64,000 nt of DNA from Penicillus capitatus (Eukaryota; Plantae; Chlorophyta), in assembly GCA_965649825.1 (NCBI GenBank), contig OZ287697.1, positions 1,660,351-1,724,350 of the forward strand, written 5' to 3'. Each line of letters opens with the position of its first letter. The first letter of the stretch is position 1. The notes beneath the pieces are model-generated. The model was not told where the DNA came from, ran no database searches, and saw only the letters and a program-made list of their open reading frames with translations. The position numbers and the translations under genes were made by a program. This document shows positions 23,101-37,065 of this stretch, in pieces.

Positions 23101-24555
23101 GCGTAACTTTCCAAAGTCTCTTCTTGATTCATACCTGACGGGGGGGAGCTGAACGGTTTCTGGCCAGCGGACCAGACACGTCACAGCTTCGTGAAGCGAC
23201 GTGAGGCCGCGGGTCACCTCGGGGATATAAGTGACGTGTACGCCAGACCTGCAGTCTTTGTATTGAGCCAAGTTTCGTTTCTCCGTCCGTCGTTGCGCGT
23301 CAGCGCGACCGTGACGCGGACTTTCTAGTCGATTCCTACAATATCTCCACTGAATCCTTGAGTAAGAAAGCCTATACAAAAGAAAGCGATCTAGCATTCC
23401 TTCAAATCAAATTGATCACTTGAACGCATTACTATCAGAAGAACATGGTCGTCACGATGTGACGTGTCTTGTTATCCAAAGGTTCTGTCTCCGAAGGGGG
23501 GTGCTTACACGACGTGTCATGTCACCTGTGACACACAAAGACATGAACGTGGACCCACGTGAACCTTTGATCTGTAATACGTTAAGCCTTCTCTTGACCA
23601 CTACTCAGGAGAACAATGCAAACAGCGTCGGAAAGAAATCATGCAGATCGACGATGGATGTGTTGGTCCATGAAGCGACATTATCGATCGACGTGACCAG
23701 TGCCTATAAAGGTGGGCATCACTGTCGCCGATGTAATAATACCGTCCGACTCTCTTCACTTTACAGGCTTCTCGACGCGCTTAGACCATGCGGTCAGACC
23801 CTCGGCCTGATTGTCAACGTAGAAGATGACGACGACATGAACAGGTTTTCTGGTTTTTGTGGAAGCAGTTAAGAGCTGATCCCCATACTGTCCTTATTCT
23901 TGTTGCAGGCCGACAGCATGTTTTTGGCCTCACTTGGCTAAAATCAAACGTTCTCCATGTTGTGCACGATAACGAAAGCGACCAACGTCTTCTCCATTTG
24001 CGATTTTATTCTCCCTGATCGCTCTCTAAACAACATTTTCCTGCTCCCGCTAGCAGAGAAAGATGAATGTTGCGTTCGCCACCGGCTGAGAAGATGCCAT
24101 TGAATTGCGATTGCAGTTAGCATGCTCTCTCCCTGTTCGAAAGCCCTGGATCGAGTTGTCGGCTATAATGCGAGCGCCATTCGACGGATCGTCTTTGTGC
24201 AGTCTCGGTTATGGAACTAACTCTGTCAATTATCTCGGATTGTCGACGACACATGTTGGACACTTTCGTGGTCTCAGCATTCGCACTCTTCGCTTGTATA
24301 GTCTTCAGAGCTCTGTTCGTTCGATAGCGACGAGTTTGGCGCGCAAACAGCTTCTTTTCGTCAAGTCAAATCAAAACAATTGTCATGCCCCGAAGAATGA
24401 CACTCGGGCACATATTCGAGACAGGCCCGCTCACTTAAATTAAACATGATAGCATGAAGAGCTGTGGGGATGTAAAGTCCGTCATGAGTGAGAAAACTTC
24501 CTACTCAGCTTGAAAGAAAAAGAGTGTAGAACGAAAAGACAAAAAGAATGATCGA

Positions 24556-27500
24556 TCATATGCCGGAAGAGATACTCGAAAGATCATCGGAATTGGAGAA
24601 TCCAACGAAATCAGCCACACTTCGAATCTTGAAGTGCAACCAGATCCTCAGGACATGTAACGTTCTGGTACTGGGATCCACGATGGTTCCGGTCTCTTTC
24701 AGGGAGAGCTTGACGTAGTCAACGAAGTAACAAAAAAGAAAAGAAACAAGAACGATGAGGGCCGTGATGTTAAGGAGAACACACAGAACTGAAATGGCCA
24801 AACGACCAGCATCGACGGTAAGACTCTCATTCTTCAGCATGGTTGCAAGAAGTGTTGTCAGGAGTGACACGAACAGAGAGAATATGTCGATTCTGTTCAG
24901 CTCATCGAAGCTCTGCCTGTAAGGCATCGCCACAATCTGCGCACTCACGGCAAGCGTCAAGAACACGGCAGCTCCAGAGATGGGAAGCAAGCTGTCGAAG
25001 CGATGGCTGCAGAACACTAAAAAGGCGATCCCAGCCTTCCTTGCAACAATAGCAACCTCCCAGTACCGACGCCTCCCGTCTCTGTAGCTGCGGTAGAGGA
25101 ATCCAGTGGTCTGGTAGATCCAGCTGTCGGTGTCGTCCAGCTGCTCTTCTGAGGACCCGAGGATGACGATGAAGGCGATCAGCAGCCCTCCGTAGACGAG
25201 GAAGACGAACGACACGATCAGAATCACCAGCATTAGGTGATCCCCTTCGAAGCACCTGAGACTGGTGTCCACGGCCCAGTAGCTGATCATCTCTCCTTCC
25301 GCAGCATCCATGACCTCGCCACCATTCTTCCCGGTCGCATCCAGAGTGTTGTAGGCGTCGGCACAGAGGACAGTACTGAGAGTCGTCTTGATCACCGGAA
25401 CTGACGTGACGTACCAGAGAGCCATCAGAGACAGCAGAGATCTCTGCATAACGTAGCGGATCGGCCGACGGATTCGATGGAAGAGCAGATCGACTGCCAT
25501 CCAGAACACCACGAGCAGCAGGAACACAGATGCTGGGACAAGACAGACGCTCACGATCGAGGCCCATACGGTTGGATGCAGTGACTGGTCCTCTCCGTCC
25601 AAACACACCACAGAACGTCGGATGCTGTCCACCGCGAGTCCTCCGAAGAACTCTGTACAGCACACGGAGATGGGGGTAGATACAGATCAACAGCTTTCTC
25701 AGAGATGGACCTGCTATCTTCGCCATGACAAGAATAGGGACAGCCCATCCAACATCCAGTGATGCGATCAGCACTGTCATCTGAATGTAGTTTAGCATGA
25801 TCTGCAACAAAGACTGTCAGTTTCACGAATGCCACAGAACTTCATACTTTGAACATCTCGACCGCTTTCCACTGTCCCAGGGTCACTTCGTTGACGATCA
25901 GGCCTACTTGTATATCATTCGTGTCTTGAATCGCAAGCGAGTCTTCCTGGGACGCCTGTATCTCAGACGTCTCTGCCTCGGCTGGAAGCGAAAGGTCTTC
26001 AAGCGGGATGCTGCGGGGAATTCTTCGATGGCCGGAAAGCATCGCCAGTCTGCTGCTAGCGGTACTCAGTGTCCCTCTGATCGTAACACTGCACAAGACA
26101 AGCAGGATCACTGCCGCAGAGCAAATCGTCAGAACATTGCCGAATGTCGTCGGGCATTCTTCGCATCTGGAAGACACGGAGGATCCATACGAGGTGTTGC
26201 ATGCTCCACAGAGAGGACCGGTGTGTTCCTGAATCCAAGAACACAAAGACTCAGAAGATCAGGAGATTGACTAATTACTCACCTCAGCACACTGTTCTTG
26301 TTGATACTCTTCAACTGTGGTAGCGTTGATGCTGCAGCTCTTCATGTCTCTTGTCAGGTTCGTCAACGTCTCAACGCGGTCGTCGAATTTGCATGCATAC
26401 GAGGTCAGGCACCTCGTAATGTTGACTGAGCAGGGTGACGCATGCCAGTACCCATCATTCGGAATGATCACTCTTGTCGTGCAGTTGCCATTCTCAGGGC
26501 AGGGCTGACATTCTTCTCCTTCAGGGTCGAAGTTATAGGAAGAGGTGCTGCAGTTGCTGCAGATCTTGGTTTCGCCGACAGGCACCTCGCCAATAGTGCA
26601 GTTCCGCACATGGACGGTAATGTTCAGCGAATCGACGACTTCTCTCTCGTTGTATTGATTGCTAAAAGTGTAAATGTCAACGAATCTGATGTTTATGTTG
26701 TAGATGCCTGGCAATCCAAAGCCGATCATGTGAGGAAACTTGGCCGTCTGTCCATTCACAGGCAGAGAAATGTTACCAACTTGAAACCCTTCTGATGTTG
26801 ATAGTGTGGCAAGGATATCGCCGATACCCATTCTCGCCGGACCCTGCTTCAACTTATCCAAGAATTCCACCGTCACCCTTGGCAGTTGGTTACCACCGAC
26901 ATAGTCTCGAACTTCGAATCCTTTTCCACTCGAAACTTCTGTCTTCTCTCCCTTATACTCGACAGTCATCTTCGCCATCGTGGCTTCCGTAGCAACAACC
27001 TGCCCGTAGGTGTCAGCAGAATTGTTTCTCCATGCAGCGCAGACAGTTTTGTCGGATGTAATACGACGCAAAGAACTCCAGTCCTTCTCTTCAAGGAACG
27101 TCAGTTTGTCATTCCTGGATGACGAGTTGCATTGGAATCTGATGCCTTGTAGACGGTTTGCAAAGATTGCCCCTCCACCAAATATCGCACTGTTATTCTC
27201 GAACTGAGTGTCAATGATTGTCACAGCAATGCATCCGTATTTCTTCTTCCAGCAGTTTCGACCGTAGCTTTCATATAGGAAAAGACCCCCTACAAAGCAA
27301 ACTAATAAGGATGCTTCCTTGCTGCTGATGTCAGTAGATTCACCTCCGGATTCTGCAGTATTGTTTAGTATTCTGCACTCTTGTAATTGGGTAACAGACG
27401 TTCGGCGTCGGTATCTAGTAATCGAGATGGCTCCTCCGCCTATGGTGCCACTAGAAGAGACCGTGGCCGCGTTCGAAGCAAACAGACAGCCCGTGCAGAG

Positions 27501-29875
27501 GAATTCGGAACCCACTGCGTTTACTGCTCCACCACCCGAGCCTGCTGTGCAATTCGACACGTTCAAGTCCTTTGCCTTGAAGATGGAATCTTCTAAAGTG
27601 ATCGCTCCACCCTCTGAGTCTGTTGTGCAGCTAGATATATTAAAATGCCTTGCCTCAAAGGTGGACTTCTCCACATTGATCGCCGCGCCAGATCCCGCAG
27701 ATCCATTTATCATCGTTGCATGTTTTACGAAAACTGAGCTCTTGCCAACCGCGCAGAGAAAGCCGCCTTCATATGGGAGATAGCTTTTAGGACCAGCTCC
27801 ACCCCTAAATCTGGAGTGATGAATAATCAGCGTCGAGCTGTTCGCAGAGATGGATCCTCCTGCCTCATGCGCCAAATTGTTCACAAAGGTCACGTTGAAG
27901 AACCTTCCCACAGAGTTCTCACTCTGTTCAACGGCTCCTCCGCTATAACCGAAGCCATTCTTGAATACTGAGTCGCTCACGGTAAGGTTGGAATCCGAAG
28001 TGATCGATATACTGCCGCCACCTCCGATTTCTGCACGATTTCCATCGGCAGTCAGTTCATTCCCTATGATGTGAGAGTCGACCGAACGGATTCCTCCTCC
28101 ATGTTTTTCAGCACGGTTCGATAGAAATCTCGAGCTGTCGATTACTACTGACGCATTTCTGAAATACAGAGCGCCGCCTGAACGAGCTCCGTTTCCTTTT
28201 AGGACAGAGTCGGTCATCTTCACTAAACGGGACCCATAAACGTGTAGACACCCTCCCTTCAAAGTAGCCTTGTTCTGGACACAGGTCAAGTGTGTGATAT
28301 TGAGTTCGGTATTCTCTGCATAGATTGCTCCACCAGACTTCTCAGCTCTGTTCCACAAAAAACGACAGGAGTCGATCGTCAAGGAACTTCCATTCCGGAG
28401 AGAGATGGTCCCGTCCATCTCAGCAACATTGCCACGGAATGCACAATCCTCGAGAGTGATATGCGACCCTTGTGCGTTGATGGCCACTCCGTGACTTGCT
28501 TCGTTTTTCTCAAAACTGCAATTGCGGATCGAAGCAGTTGCGTCTTTGAGCTGGACGCAGGCACTGATGGGATCATCTTCCGCGGCGGATGCCGAATTCT
28601 TCGTGAAGTTGCTGTTTGACAGATTGAAAGAACCTCTTTTAACGTTGAAGGTCGGAAAACTGTTCTCGGAAGCCTTGATCCCGTTAGCAGATGTCGAGGA
28701 CTGAGGAGGTATCCAGATGATTGCCGATCTAGAAGAGGATGATGATATCGGTTTATTGTTTTCGATAATAACGTTCTGGAGACTGTTTTCTTTGCTCAGA
28801 AGAAGACCACAGACCCCATTGCAGGTGTTCATCTGGAAGTCGAGGTCTTCGATCTCCAGTTTTGAGCAGGATGAAGCATTTGCTTGGATGGTCAGTGCTT
28901 CACCGAAGAAACGATTCTCTCTGAACCCGATGCGCTGCAGTCGGATGGTTCCGATGGTGTGTTCAGAGTTACACGCCTCGATGCCGATGATGGTCTTTAA
29001 CACACTAGAAACTTCGAACAGGCATCCTTTCACAACAAGGTCTGTCAGAGTGACATTAGTGGTACTAAAAACAGATGCGTTTAACGTCATCAAGCCAGGT
29101 GGAGTATGCACTTACCGTAGAGAAAACAGTCCTTCGTTCATCTGCGGACAGGTGAGGATGGTTCGCTTTTCAGAGGCTGAAATCTCGACGTCGTCGTTCT
29201 CACCTTTCCTGATATAGCCGCTGATCGTCAGCGGCCATGGGACGACAGTGCGAGAGGGAGGCCGGATTGTCTTCGCGGTGTCGAGCAGCAGCACGTCTCC
29301 CGGTCGAGAACAGTTGACGACGAGCTGGAAATCGTCTTCTATCTCTTCGAGAACTGCCGAGTTAAGCAGCCACTCTCGCGTGGTGGCATTCCGATAACGG
29401 CGACGCTGCGCCGTTGACAGACGACAGGTGGCCTCTGTCCAAAACACGACAACACAGTCATTGATGTGACGCGACGTGGCAGCGAATGGAACGAACCTGC
29501 TGTCCCCTCAGCGTCTAGGTTCACTTGGAGAAGAGTGCGCACATCGCTTCTTTCCTAGGCGTCGAAAGAGGACCCTCACTGCGGTGCTTATGTGGAAAGG
29601 TAGACGTACCGGAAGCAACGGGGCTGTCTTGAATGATACAGAGTTGGTATTTGGAACGGACATGGCAGGCTTGTCGCCCACTTCTGCAAATCCAAAACAA
29701 AGCACTGTGCTGCCGACAGCAGTAGTAAGGCCATGCTCTTACCAGCAGGCGCTGTTGTCATTGCATGACTTGTGGGCGTTAACCTTAGGTCCGTTAACGC
29801 GATTCCGGCGACAACGCCGGAGATAACACTCACAAGCGAAAGGACGGAAAAAACTTGCTCGGTCTTCGCTGGCAT
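24556..29875 (-). CDS. Receptor-like paralogue B (closest to A): Pmp-like repeats + Cys-rich region + multi-pass TM
   Basis: ORFs 26271..29111, 25842..26246 and 24556..25665 are colinear with A. Signal-like start MPAKTEQVFSVLSLVSVISGVVAGIAL. The apparent exon-1 frameshift disappears if the 59-nt GT-AG intron 29684..29742 is spliced. Confidence 0.8.
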
Positions 29876-30973
29876 GTTGATGTCAACACAGTGGCTGTGA
29901 CTTTTGAAATGTGCTCAGTCGATACAAGAAACGGGCTTTTATACGCAGCAGATTCCTTTTGATACGACTGCGGTTATTAGCGTTGGGCCACCGCAACTGC
30001 ACATGACGTGTCTGATGCTGAACGCGTTCTGGGATTACATCATCATTATGCTATCCAATGCGTCGTGATCATATCTACTTCTTGTTTTGGTTGCTTAACT
30101 GAGACTCGGGTAAACGGGAGCTACGCAGACGAGGTAGACAGGCGAACCTAGTCTTGAGCATTCGCCCGTCTGGTGTCGACAGTGGGGACACACTGGGCGT
30201 GCGTCGACGGTGGCTAACGACAATGGTCGCCTCGACCGTCATCTAACTGAAAACCTTGTCCCTCGTCTGATGGTGACCTTTCTGTCTGTCTCGACGACGC
30301 GCTAAGGGTTAGAGGTCTTTTTTCTGAAGCGCTGCCTGTTTTGTCAGAATCGAGTTCTTCTTACGCATCAGTGGACGAACGTTTAGAGGATGTCTATTGG
30401 TGCAGCCGAGCATCCAGTTCGGAGAGTCGTATTTGAGAAGTTGTTGGACACTGACGTTGACTGGGAGCTTTCTGATCTCGCGTCCTGCCCTTTGTATCTC
30501 TTGTCCTGTTCGCATACTTTCGTTTAAGGCGAACCTGTCGAAGGCGCCCGATGCCACTGTCGCTGCTAGTACAAATCTCGCCATCTTTGGACGTACTGAA
30601 CGTGTCAAGTGAGTCTTCGTGCAACCTACACAGCGATCCAATGAATCGGTCCTGTTCACTCGACGAGCTTGGCTATGAGAACAACCAGGTCTGCAGTTGG
30701 AATGTGCTTGTGTGGCAGCCATCGCCCTGTGCCGCAAAGACCGATGTCAAGACATGCTTCTGTCGAGTCAGTCTCCTGTCATGACAGATGAGTCAGCACT
30801 CGAGGCGCAGACGTCGATGACGCGACGGCATCATTCGGCGACCTCCGTTTTCGCACCACCTTTTGGCGCGCAACGGCGCGTTCGCATGCAAGAGGCGCCG
30901 TCGAACAGCCCACCGACACTTAAAGCAACGACAACCACGTCTCAGACAATCTACCAAGCCGGCGACGCACCTC

Positions 30974-32609
30974 ATGGCAAAACGTGATGTTTCCGGCGAA
31001 AGGCGACCGCAGTCCAGTCACTGGAATTGCATTGGCCTCTTGCTGGACGAGGATTGGTTCCTTCATAAAGTACTCGGCTGTCTTCTCGACGACGGTCTTC
31101 AAGAGTACCGCCGCGTGTGTCGACAATGGGACGCAGTTTGCAAGTCTCTGCCCGTCAAGCTTCGACAGGTGCCTCCTGAACACGTCTCTGACGTGCTGAC
31201 CGCTTTTCCAAACGCCGTCGAGCTCTCTTGTTCAACCAGTTTTCCGTCCGAAGATCTCGACGTTGCCCGGCGGCTCGCCGGTCTGACCTCAATGACGCGG
31301 CTGGAGCGACTGGACTACTTCGGCGACGGGACAGACGGCGATCTTCAGCTCATTCATTCAGAAACGTACTCTCGGCTGCATTCTCTCGGTGTGCATCTGG
31401 GGACTGCTGAATCGTACGAGGGCTTCCGCAGTGTGCTGTTGTCCCTGACAGGACTGAAGAGACTTGATGTCAGTCTGAGATCGGACGTCGAGTCGTCGTC
31501 ATGGACCCCGCTGACAGAGCTCGATGGCCTCTGCGAAGTCAGTCTTTCTGGCTCCTTGCTGAGAAACGGAAGCAATCAGATCATGTTTCCTTCGACGATG
31601 CTGACCAAGCTGACAGTTAACGACTCTGGTCTGCGATGCGCATCAGTGATCGACGTGAGCTGCCCTTCGCAGCCGGCTCCGCTTTCGCTGACCGCTCTTC
31701 TGTCTTCAGGATGCTTCCCGCTACGCTGGCACTGTCCGGACTTTGAGTCTGCATCTGAAGCAGCTCTTTCTTCCCGAGACAACGTGGGCGCCGCTGCAGC
31801 GCTTCGGTCACCTGGAGGTGCTCAGGCTGTCGGTGCCTAGGATGCAGTCGCAAGAGTCTGTTCGCCGCATCACTTCCGTCGTCGAATTCATCGTCAGTTT
31901 GCAAGATCTCGGTCTGGAGATCAGTGGCTACGGCAGGGAACTGAGAATCGGCGACACGTCCTTCCGTTCCCTAACAAACCTGCGAGCGCTTTATCTGATC
32001 ATTACCCCATTCTTTGAGTTCAGGACTGCTTCTGTTTGCGTCTCGCACCTGACGCGCCTGACTTCGCTGGCTCTCGCTGGAGTATCGATCAGAGGAGGCA
32101 TCAGTACTCTCGACGAACTGGTGTATCTTTCCCTCAGACGTCTGCCACAGCCGTTCAAGGATCTGAACAAGAGGCTCGTGCAGATGACCAAACTGACAGA
32201 GTTGCAGTTTATGGAACAAGACCTGCGCATTCCTCCGAACTGTGTTCTCAGTCGCTTGAAGAATCTGAGACGGCTGACGCTGGTGACGGAAACCGAGGTG
32301 GATCGTCGACTCTGCCAAACCCTCGCGACGTTGCCCGAGCTGACAAGCCTCTTTTTCTGGAGCATGTCGAAACGAAACAAGCCGAACGATTTCCGAATGC
32401 AGTTCGTCCTGCTGACGCAGCTCCAGGAACTCAGACTTCGCTGCGGCCCAGACATCAGACCAGACTTCGATATCCTCGGCCTCTTCGGGTACGGGACATT
32501 TCCTCGACTCAGACATCTGGCGATTGGATCGCCGACGCTGCCAGACGGAGAAGAACGAGTGTTGTTTAGCAGATTTCCGTGTCTGCGAAGCTACGAAGCA
32601 ATGCGATAG
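30974..32609 (+). CDS. F-box-like N-terminus + leucine-rich-repeat protein, one intron (about 31656-31710)
   Basis: N-terminus LLLDEDWFLHKVLGCLLDDGLQEYRRVCRQWDAVCKSL is F-box-like (R.VCR.W). Repeated LxxLxxLxL units follow (LTGLKRLDV, LTNLRALYL, LTRLTSLAL, LKNLRRLTL, LTQLQELRL). Confidence 0.75.
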
Positions 32610-35152
32610 GTGCACTTCAAGAAGAGAGACCATCATGACGCTGTTCCTTTCTTGGTCTCTATCAACGAATGATTCTACACATTTGGAGAGCTTTGCAGTC
32701 TCTCGAGTATCAAGTACTGGACAACCGTATCCAGATGTTGTGTCCTGTTCGACAGTCGATTAAGACTGCGTTAAAGCCTAATCTGCCTAACTGAGCAACG
32801 CGCGGTCCTTTCTGTTCTTCGACGAATCCATTCTGCGACACCGCTTTGGTTCAGGGACGTCACATCATGCCTCTCGGACGACACACTTGCTGCATTCAAT
32901 CGTCCAGTAGGGCGCGAGTGATGAGGGAAACACTCCCCTGCTAAGAACACCAGTCAGTTCGTCTTTTGCACGAGACAAAGAGAACGCAGGCATCTGTTTA
33001 ACTGCGAGATGGAATGCTCTGTTCGCCGTAGCGAATGATGGCCGTTGTCCAGAGCAGCGTGCATTTACCGAAGCGAGACGGAAGCTGGAATGAACAGTGA
33101 GATGCTCGCGATTGAGTCCGCGACATCGAATACCGTCACGCACGCGTCTCCGCTGCTGACGCAGATCAAAGAAGGAATGCCTGGGGTGTACCATCTCAAG
33201 AGCCAAGAAGCGGTGCGCGTGACAAGAGTCGACTACTCTGTGTTGATGCTCTAAACAAAGGTGCTCAGTGTCTTGCATAAATGTGAGATGTCTATGAACG
33301 AAGATGCGCACCGATGCATGTCCTCACTTCAACTGCATTACGCATTCAATGAGCAATCGACTATGCTACACGTCAGCAACGTCGGACAGTGTTCTGCGCA
33401 CCTTCAACTTCGTTCTTGGACACGCCGACGTCCTCCGGATGCCGCGTTTCTGCTGAGCGCGGATACCTCGACGGTTCGAGTTCCACGTGGCAGCCACCTC
33501 GGACTTCGCAGGCGACTTCCGCCATCCCTCGTTCTCCCTCTGAATCCTTTGCTATCTTCGGACACCTCCGTCCGCTGGTAGAAGACGCGGTTCTTCAAGA
33601 TGGCCTTCTTCGACCGACACCGAGACGACTTCGCCCTTCGTGCGCTTCTTCCCTCAGCCTTCGCCGAACGCTTTGTTATGGTGTTCAGGGTTTGTCTCTT
33701 GGGCAGTCAGTCGTCTGGTCGACGCGATTTCGATCGATGCAGCGACGAACAATCGAAGGCGTTTCAAGTTTCTTCGCGTCTTGTTGCTACGGTCTTCGGC
33801 TGCGGCGGCGGAAAGAATCCCTCCACGCCCGGGTACGCTGAGCTATCCAACGCAGTCTGCGATGTTCGCGTCCTTCGTCGCCACAAGTGACAGACGCACT
33901 ACATGTGCCACGCGTTGTCTACTCTCCACTCTGCTTCTGCAGAAGGCGTTCTGCTAGGCCCACCGTGACCGAGCACTCGAGACTGTGACAGAGCGAGAGC
34001 TCGTCGCTCGGACAGTTGGACGGAGTGCCATCGCTTCCTGCGTCGCCTGTGCAAAGCCGTCGCGCAACTGTCTCCGTCTTTAGCTCGGGCATCGTATATT
34101 GTCTCTCAGTCCTAAGTGTCGGATCCGTAGAAACATCCTGTCACGTCTTCCTTGGTTTGTATCTTCCAATCGTGCTTCTCTAGCCTACAACCTCGCTTGC
34201 GCTGTACGCAGACTGTCGCTACGCTGCTGTATACATTTCATCTTCCGGGGAGCGCAGGCAACGTTCAAACGCCACGAGTCGTTTCTTCGCAGAACCATCC
34301 GCTCTTCGTAATAAATGTCTGCGAATGCAGCAGCGTGGCTTGTGCGGACACGGGTTCCACAAACAAATGTTCCTTGTCCTGGTCACCTTGCTAACGTTAC
34401 CTCTCGTCAAGTCTAAGGACCTTCCAATGCAAGATGTCGGGGTGACTGATCTGGTGCAGCTGGGATGTCTTGCGACATCCATCTAAAGCTCTACCATCCT
34501 TCACACTTAACTGTAAGGAATCGTCAAGCACCCTTGTGCCAATGCACGAGCGAATAATCAACGGCCGTCAATTGTTGCCGACCTGATACCTAATGTCTAT
34601 AACTGCCGTCGAGAACTCGAATTGCCAACGCCCTTGCGAGGATCCGGCTCTTAATGGATCAGAATTTTCAATAACCTCATCTTCACATCGACCCTTGCTT
34701 CGCCTCCAAGGGCGCGCCGTGCTGAAAGACAGCCAATTCGTAATCTTTATCCAACATCTCGACGAATAAGCCTTCTCATCCGCTTCCGAGTAAAGTTCTC
34801 CACAACGATGCCGTTGCTAAAGAGCTCTAGCTTCCTCGGCGAGGAGCTGGCGTCCCTCCCTTTTTCTGTCTGCTTTCATATCCCCGCAACGAGCTCAACA
34901 TCCGCGCTGTGCATGTCTATCTCTCGATCCTTGAGGAAGTCCTTAAACCAGTACATCTCTCTTCATGGATTAAGAGGGGCTATCTATCTAACACTGGTCC
35001 GTCGTCTTCGCGTGCTTCCAGCTGCTCTGCAATGATCGACCTGTCCATCGAATGCTCCGCGCTCATGGTCTTCTTCGGCTGTCGTCCTCGTGCGCGTCCA
35101 GCTCGTTTGCAATGATCGGTATGTTTGTTGAATGCTCCGCACTTATGGTCTT

Positions 35153-35308
35153 CTTCTCGGCCTTGTCGTCTAACCCAGTATCCTATCCTGTCCTCCTTTC
35201 CCCAATCGGCCTCTTGCTGCCGGTCCTTCTCGGCCTTGTCGTCTAACCCAGTATCCTATCCTGTCCTCCTTTCCCCAATCACCCTCTTGCTGCCGGTCCT
35301 TCTCGGCC
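35153..35308. repeat. Tandem direct repeat, 2 x 73 bp, preceded by a more diverged 80-bp-period duplication (about 35030-35155)
   Basis: The unit ccttgtcgtctaacccagtatcc…ggtccttctcgg starts at 35161 and 35234, with 2 mismatches (ggc vs acc). aatgatcg…aatgctccgc recurs at 35031/35111 and 35051/35131. Confidence 0.9.
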
Positions 35309-35736
35309 CGAGCCTTCCATGCACTTCAAACGTTGCAAGGAATCCGGCCGCAACAATGACCATTAAATGTCTGCCTCTCGCAAAGGGTCGAACTGAACCT
35401 GCCTGGCCAGCCACACAGATTAATACTCAAGGGGGCGAACATGTTATGCCTTAAGATGTAAAGACATAAGATGACGAATTTGCACATAGAAACAGGCCAA
35501 ACGCATCGCCGATTTCGCGATTCCGCAAGGAGATCTCGTCACGGACTCGAAGAGCGCGGACATCGCATCCGACATCGAAAGGCGTAAAGGAGTGACTGCT
35601 CTTTCAAAAAACGTCTCGACACATCTCGGAGATCGTCGTCATCCGTAGAGTCAAAACAATGGCCTTCGCTGGAGTTCACGTGCCCGCGCCGCCGTCATGT
35701 CGCAACACGGGCGTCAACGCAAGCACCTTCCGCACG

Positions 35737-37065
35737 TCACAGATCCTCGTCGATTTCTGCGTCCCTCAGGTGCAGGTCGTTCAGAGCCTTGAGGCGAACA
35801 AGGACGCTTCTGGGGAGGACCATCTCGCAGCTCTCGCTGAATCCGAGGTGGAGTTTCTGGAGACGGGTCATCTGTTCCAGACTGTCCTCGAGCTTGCGGA
35901 TGTTCTCCGCTTCGTTGCGGATCTCCAGGTTCACCAGATTCGTCAACCCCCGAAGCGACAGCCGCATCGGCGCCCGGGACATGCACAGACGGGTCAGCTG
36001 GGTCAGCGCCGAGAATCCTGGAGGGGCGAGTTGCGGTCCCCGGGCGCCGACGCCGTAGACATGCGTGCACGACAGACGCTTCAGAGACGTCAGGTGCGTG
36101 ACCGCCTGAAGAACAGACGCGATGGAGCACGCCTTCAGATCGAAGTCCAGATGCGTCAACTGGCTCATGCGCTCGAGGACCGACAGAAAATTCGTCGCAC
36201 TGTGGAGAACGGCGTTGTTGAAGTGAGAGTACACGCGCAGCTGCTTGAGTTTGGCGAAGGACGTCAAGCAGACCATGTCGTGGAACAGGTCCTGGTTCGT
36301 CGGAAAGGCAAACGCCAGAGACGGCAACGCGTGCCGATACTCGAGGACAAACTACGACGGCAGATCCAGGCAGGAGAAAGGTCGACGAGGGGCTGTCACC
36401 TCAAGAGTCTTCCAGGCGCCGGTGTGACTCCATCGCTCGATGTTGACGTCGAGATGGGTGATGTGCGTCAGGGGCGGCAGCGAGATCTCCTCGTCGGGTT
36501 CCAAGCGGATGCTCAGATGCAGTCGGAGTTCCTTGAGCCGCTGTAGGTCGCGGAGGAAATCGAAGGCGTCCGTCTCCTCTATCGACGACCGGATCTGCAG
36601 CGACGTGAGATTGGTGAAACAGTTGAGGGATGTGTAGACGGTGGGGCATCCGTCTTCGTTCCACCAACTCAGCGACAGCTGACGCAGGTGGGTCAGCTCA
36701 GGAAAGTACGCCGTCGCCGCCGGGACGTCGATCCACGGATGGAAGGACTTGACCGACAGGCGTTGAAGGTTCTCGGCCGCGACGAGCTCGGCGAAGACGT
36801 CTGCCGGGAACTCGTCGTCGGCGATCTTGACCGACATCGCCATGGCACCGGGGAAGCTGCGCGTGATCTCTCGGATGTTGCGATCCCGAGAGGTCGGCAG
36901 GGAAAGCGGAAGGGATTTGAAGGCGTCGCGCCATCCGCGGCAGACGAGTCGGCAGCGGCGGAGGTCTTCGGCGTCCAGCAGCGGCATTAGGCGTTCGAAG
37001 AGAAACGCCCTCTCGAACAGCGAACGCATCCGACCCTCGTCCTTCGGCCCCTCGTCCTCCGCCAT
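35737..37065 (-). CDS. Second, divergent F-box-like/LRR protein; 3' end uncertain
   Basis: LFERAFLFERLMPLLDAEDLRRCRLVCRGWRDAFKSLPLSL aligns with the N-terminus of 30974..32609. LRR units (LTHLRQLSL, FTNLTSLQI, LQRLKELRL, LTNLVNLEI) span ORFs 36352..37074 and 35737..36327, joined by a GT-AG intron. Confidence 0.75.

Larger units (their letters stand above)
10690..33300. repeat. Tandem segmental duplication: unit 1 about 10690-18490, unit 2 about 24320-33300 (receptor + divergent F-box/LRR gene + flanks). A third partial copy (receptor + flanks) lies at about 50860-56330
   Basis: Shared non-coding flanks include aacaat(t/c)gtcatg at 10773/24376/50941, gtcgcctcgaccgtcatctaactgaaa at about 16590/30226 and gagatgctcgc(a/g)attga(a/g)tccg at about 18372/33099. 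Coding sequence is colinear. Confidence 0.9.

Noticed and set aside
29684-29742. Apparent 1-nt frameshift in exon 1 of receptor B
   Set aside because: All indels (7 nt in total) fall within a segment bounded by a strong GTAAGA donor and a tttggatttgcag acceptor, and splicing restores the frame. It needs cDNA to be certain.
35153-35308. Possible CRISPR-like array
   Set aside because: Only two contiguous 73-bp units with no unique spacers, in a eukaryotic context with no cas genes.
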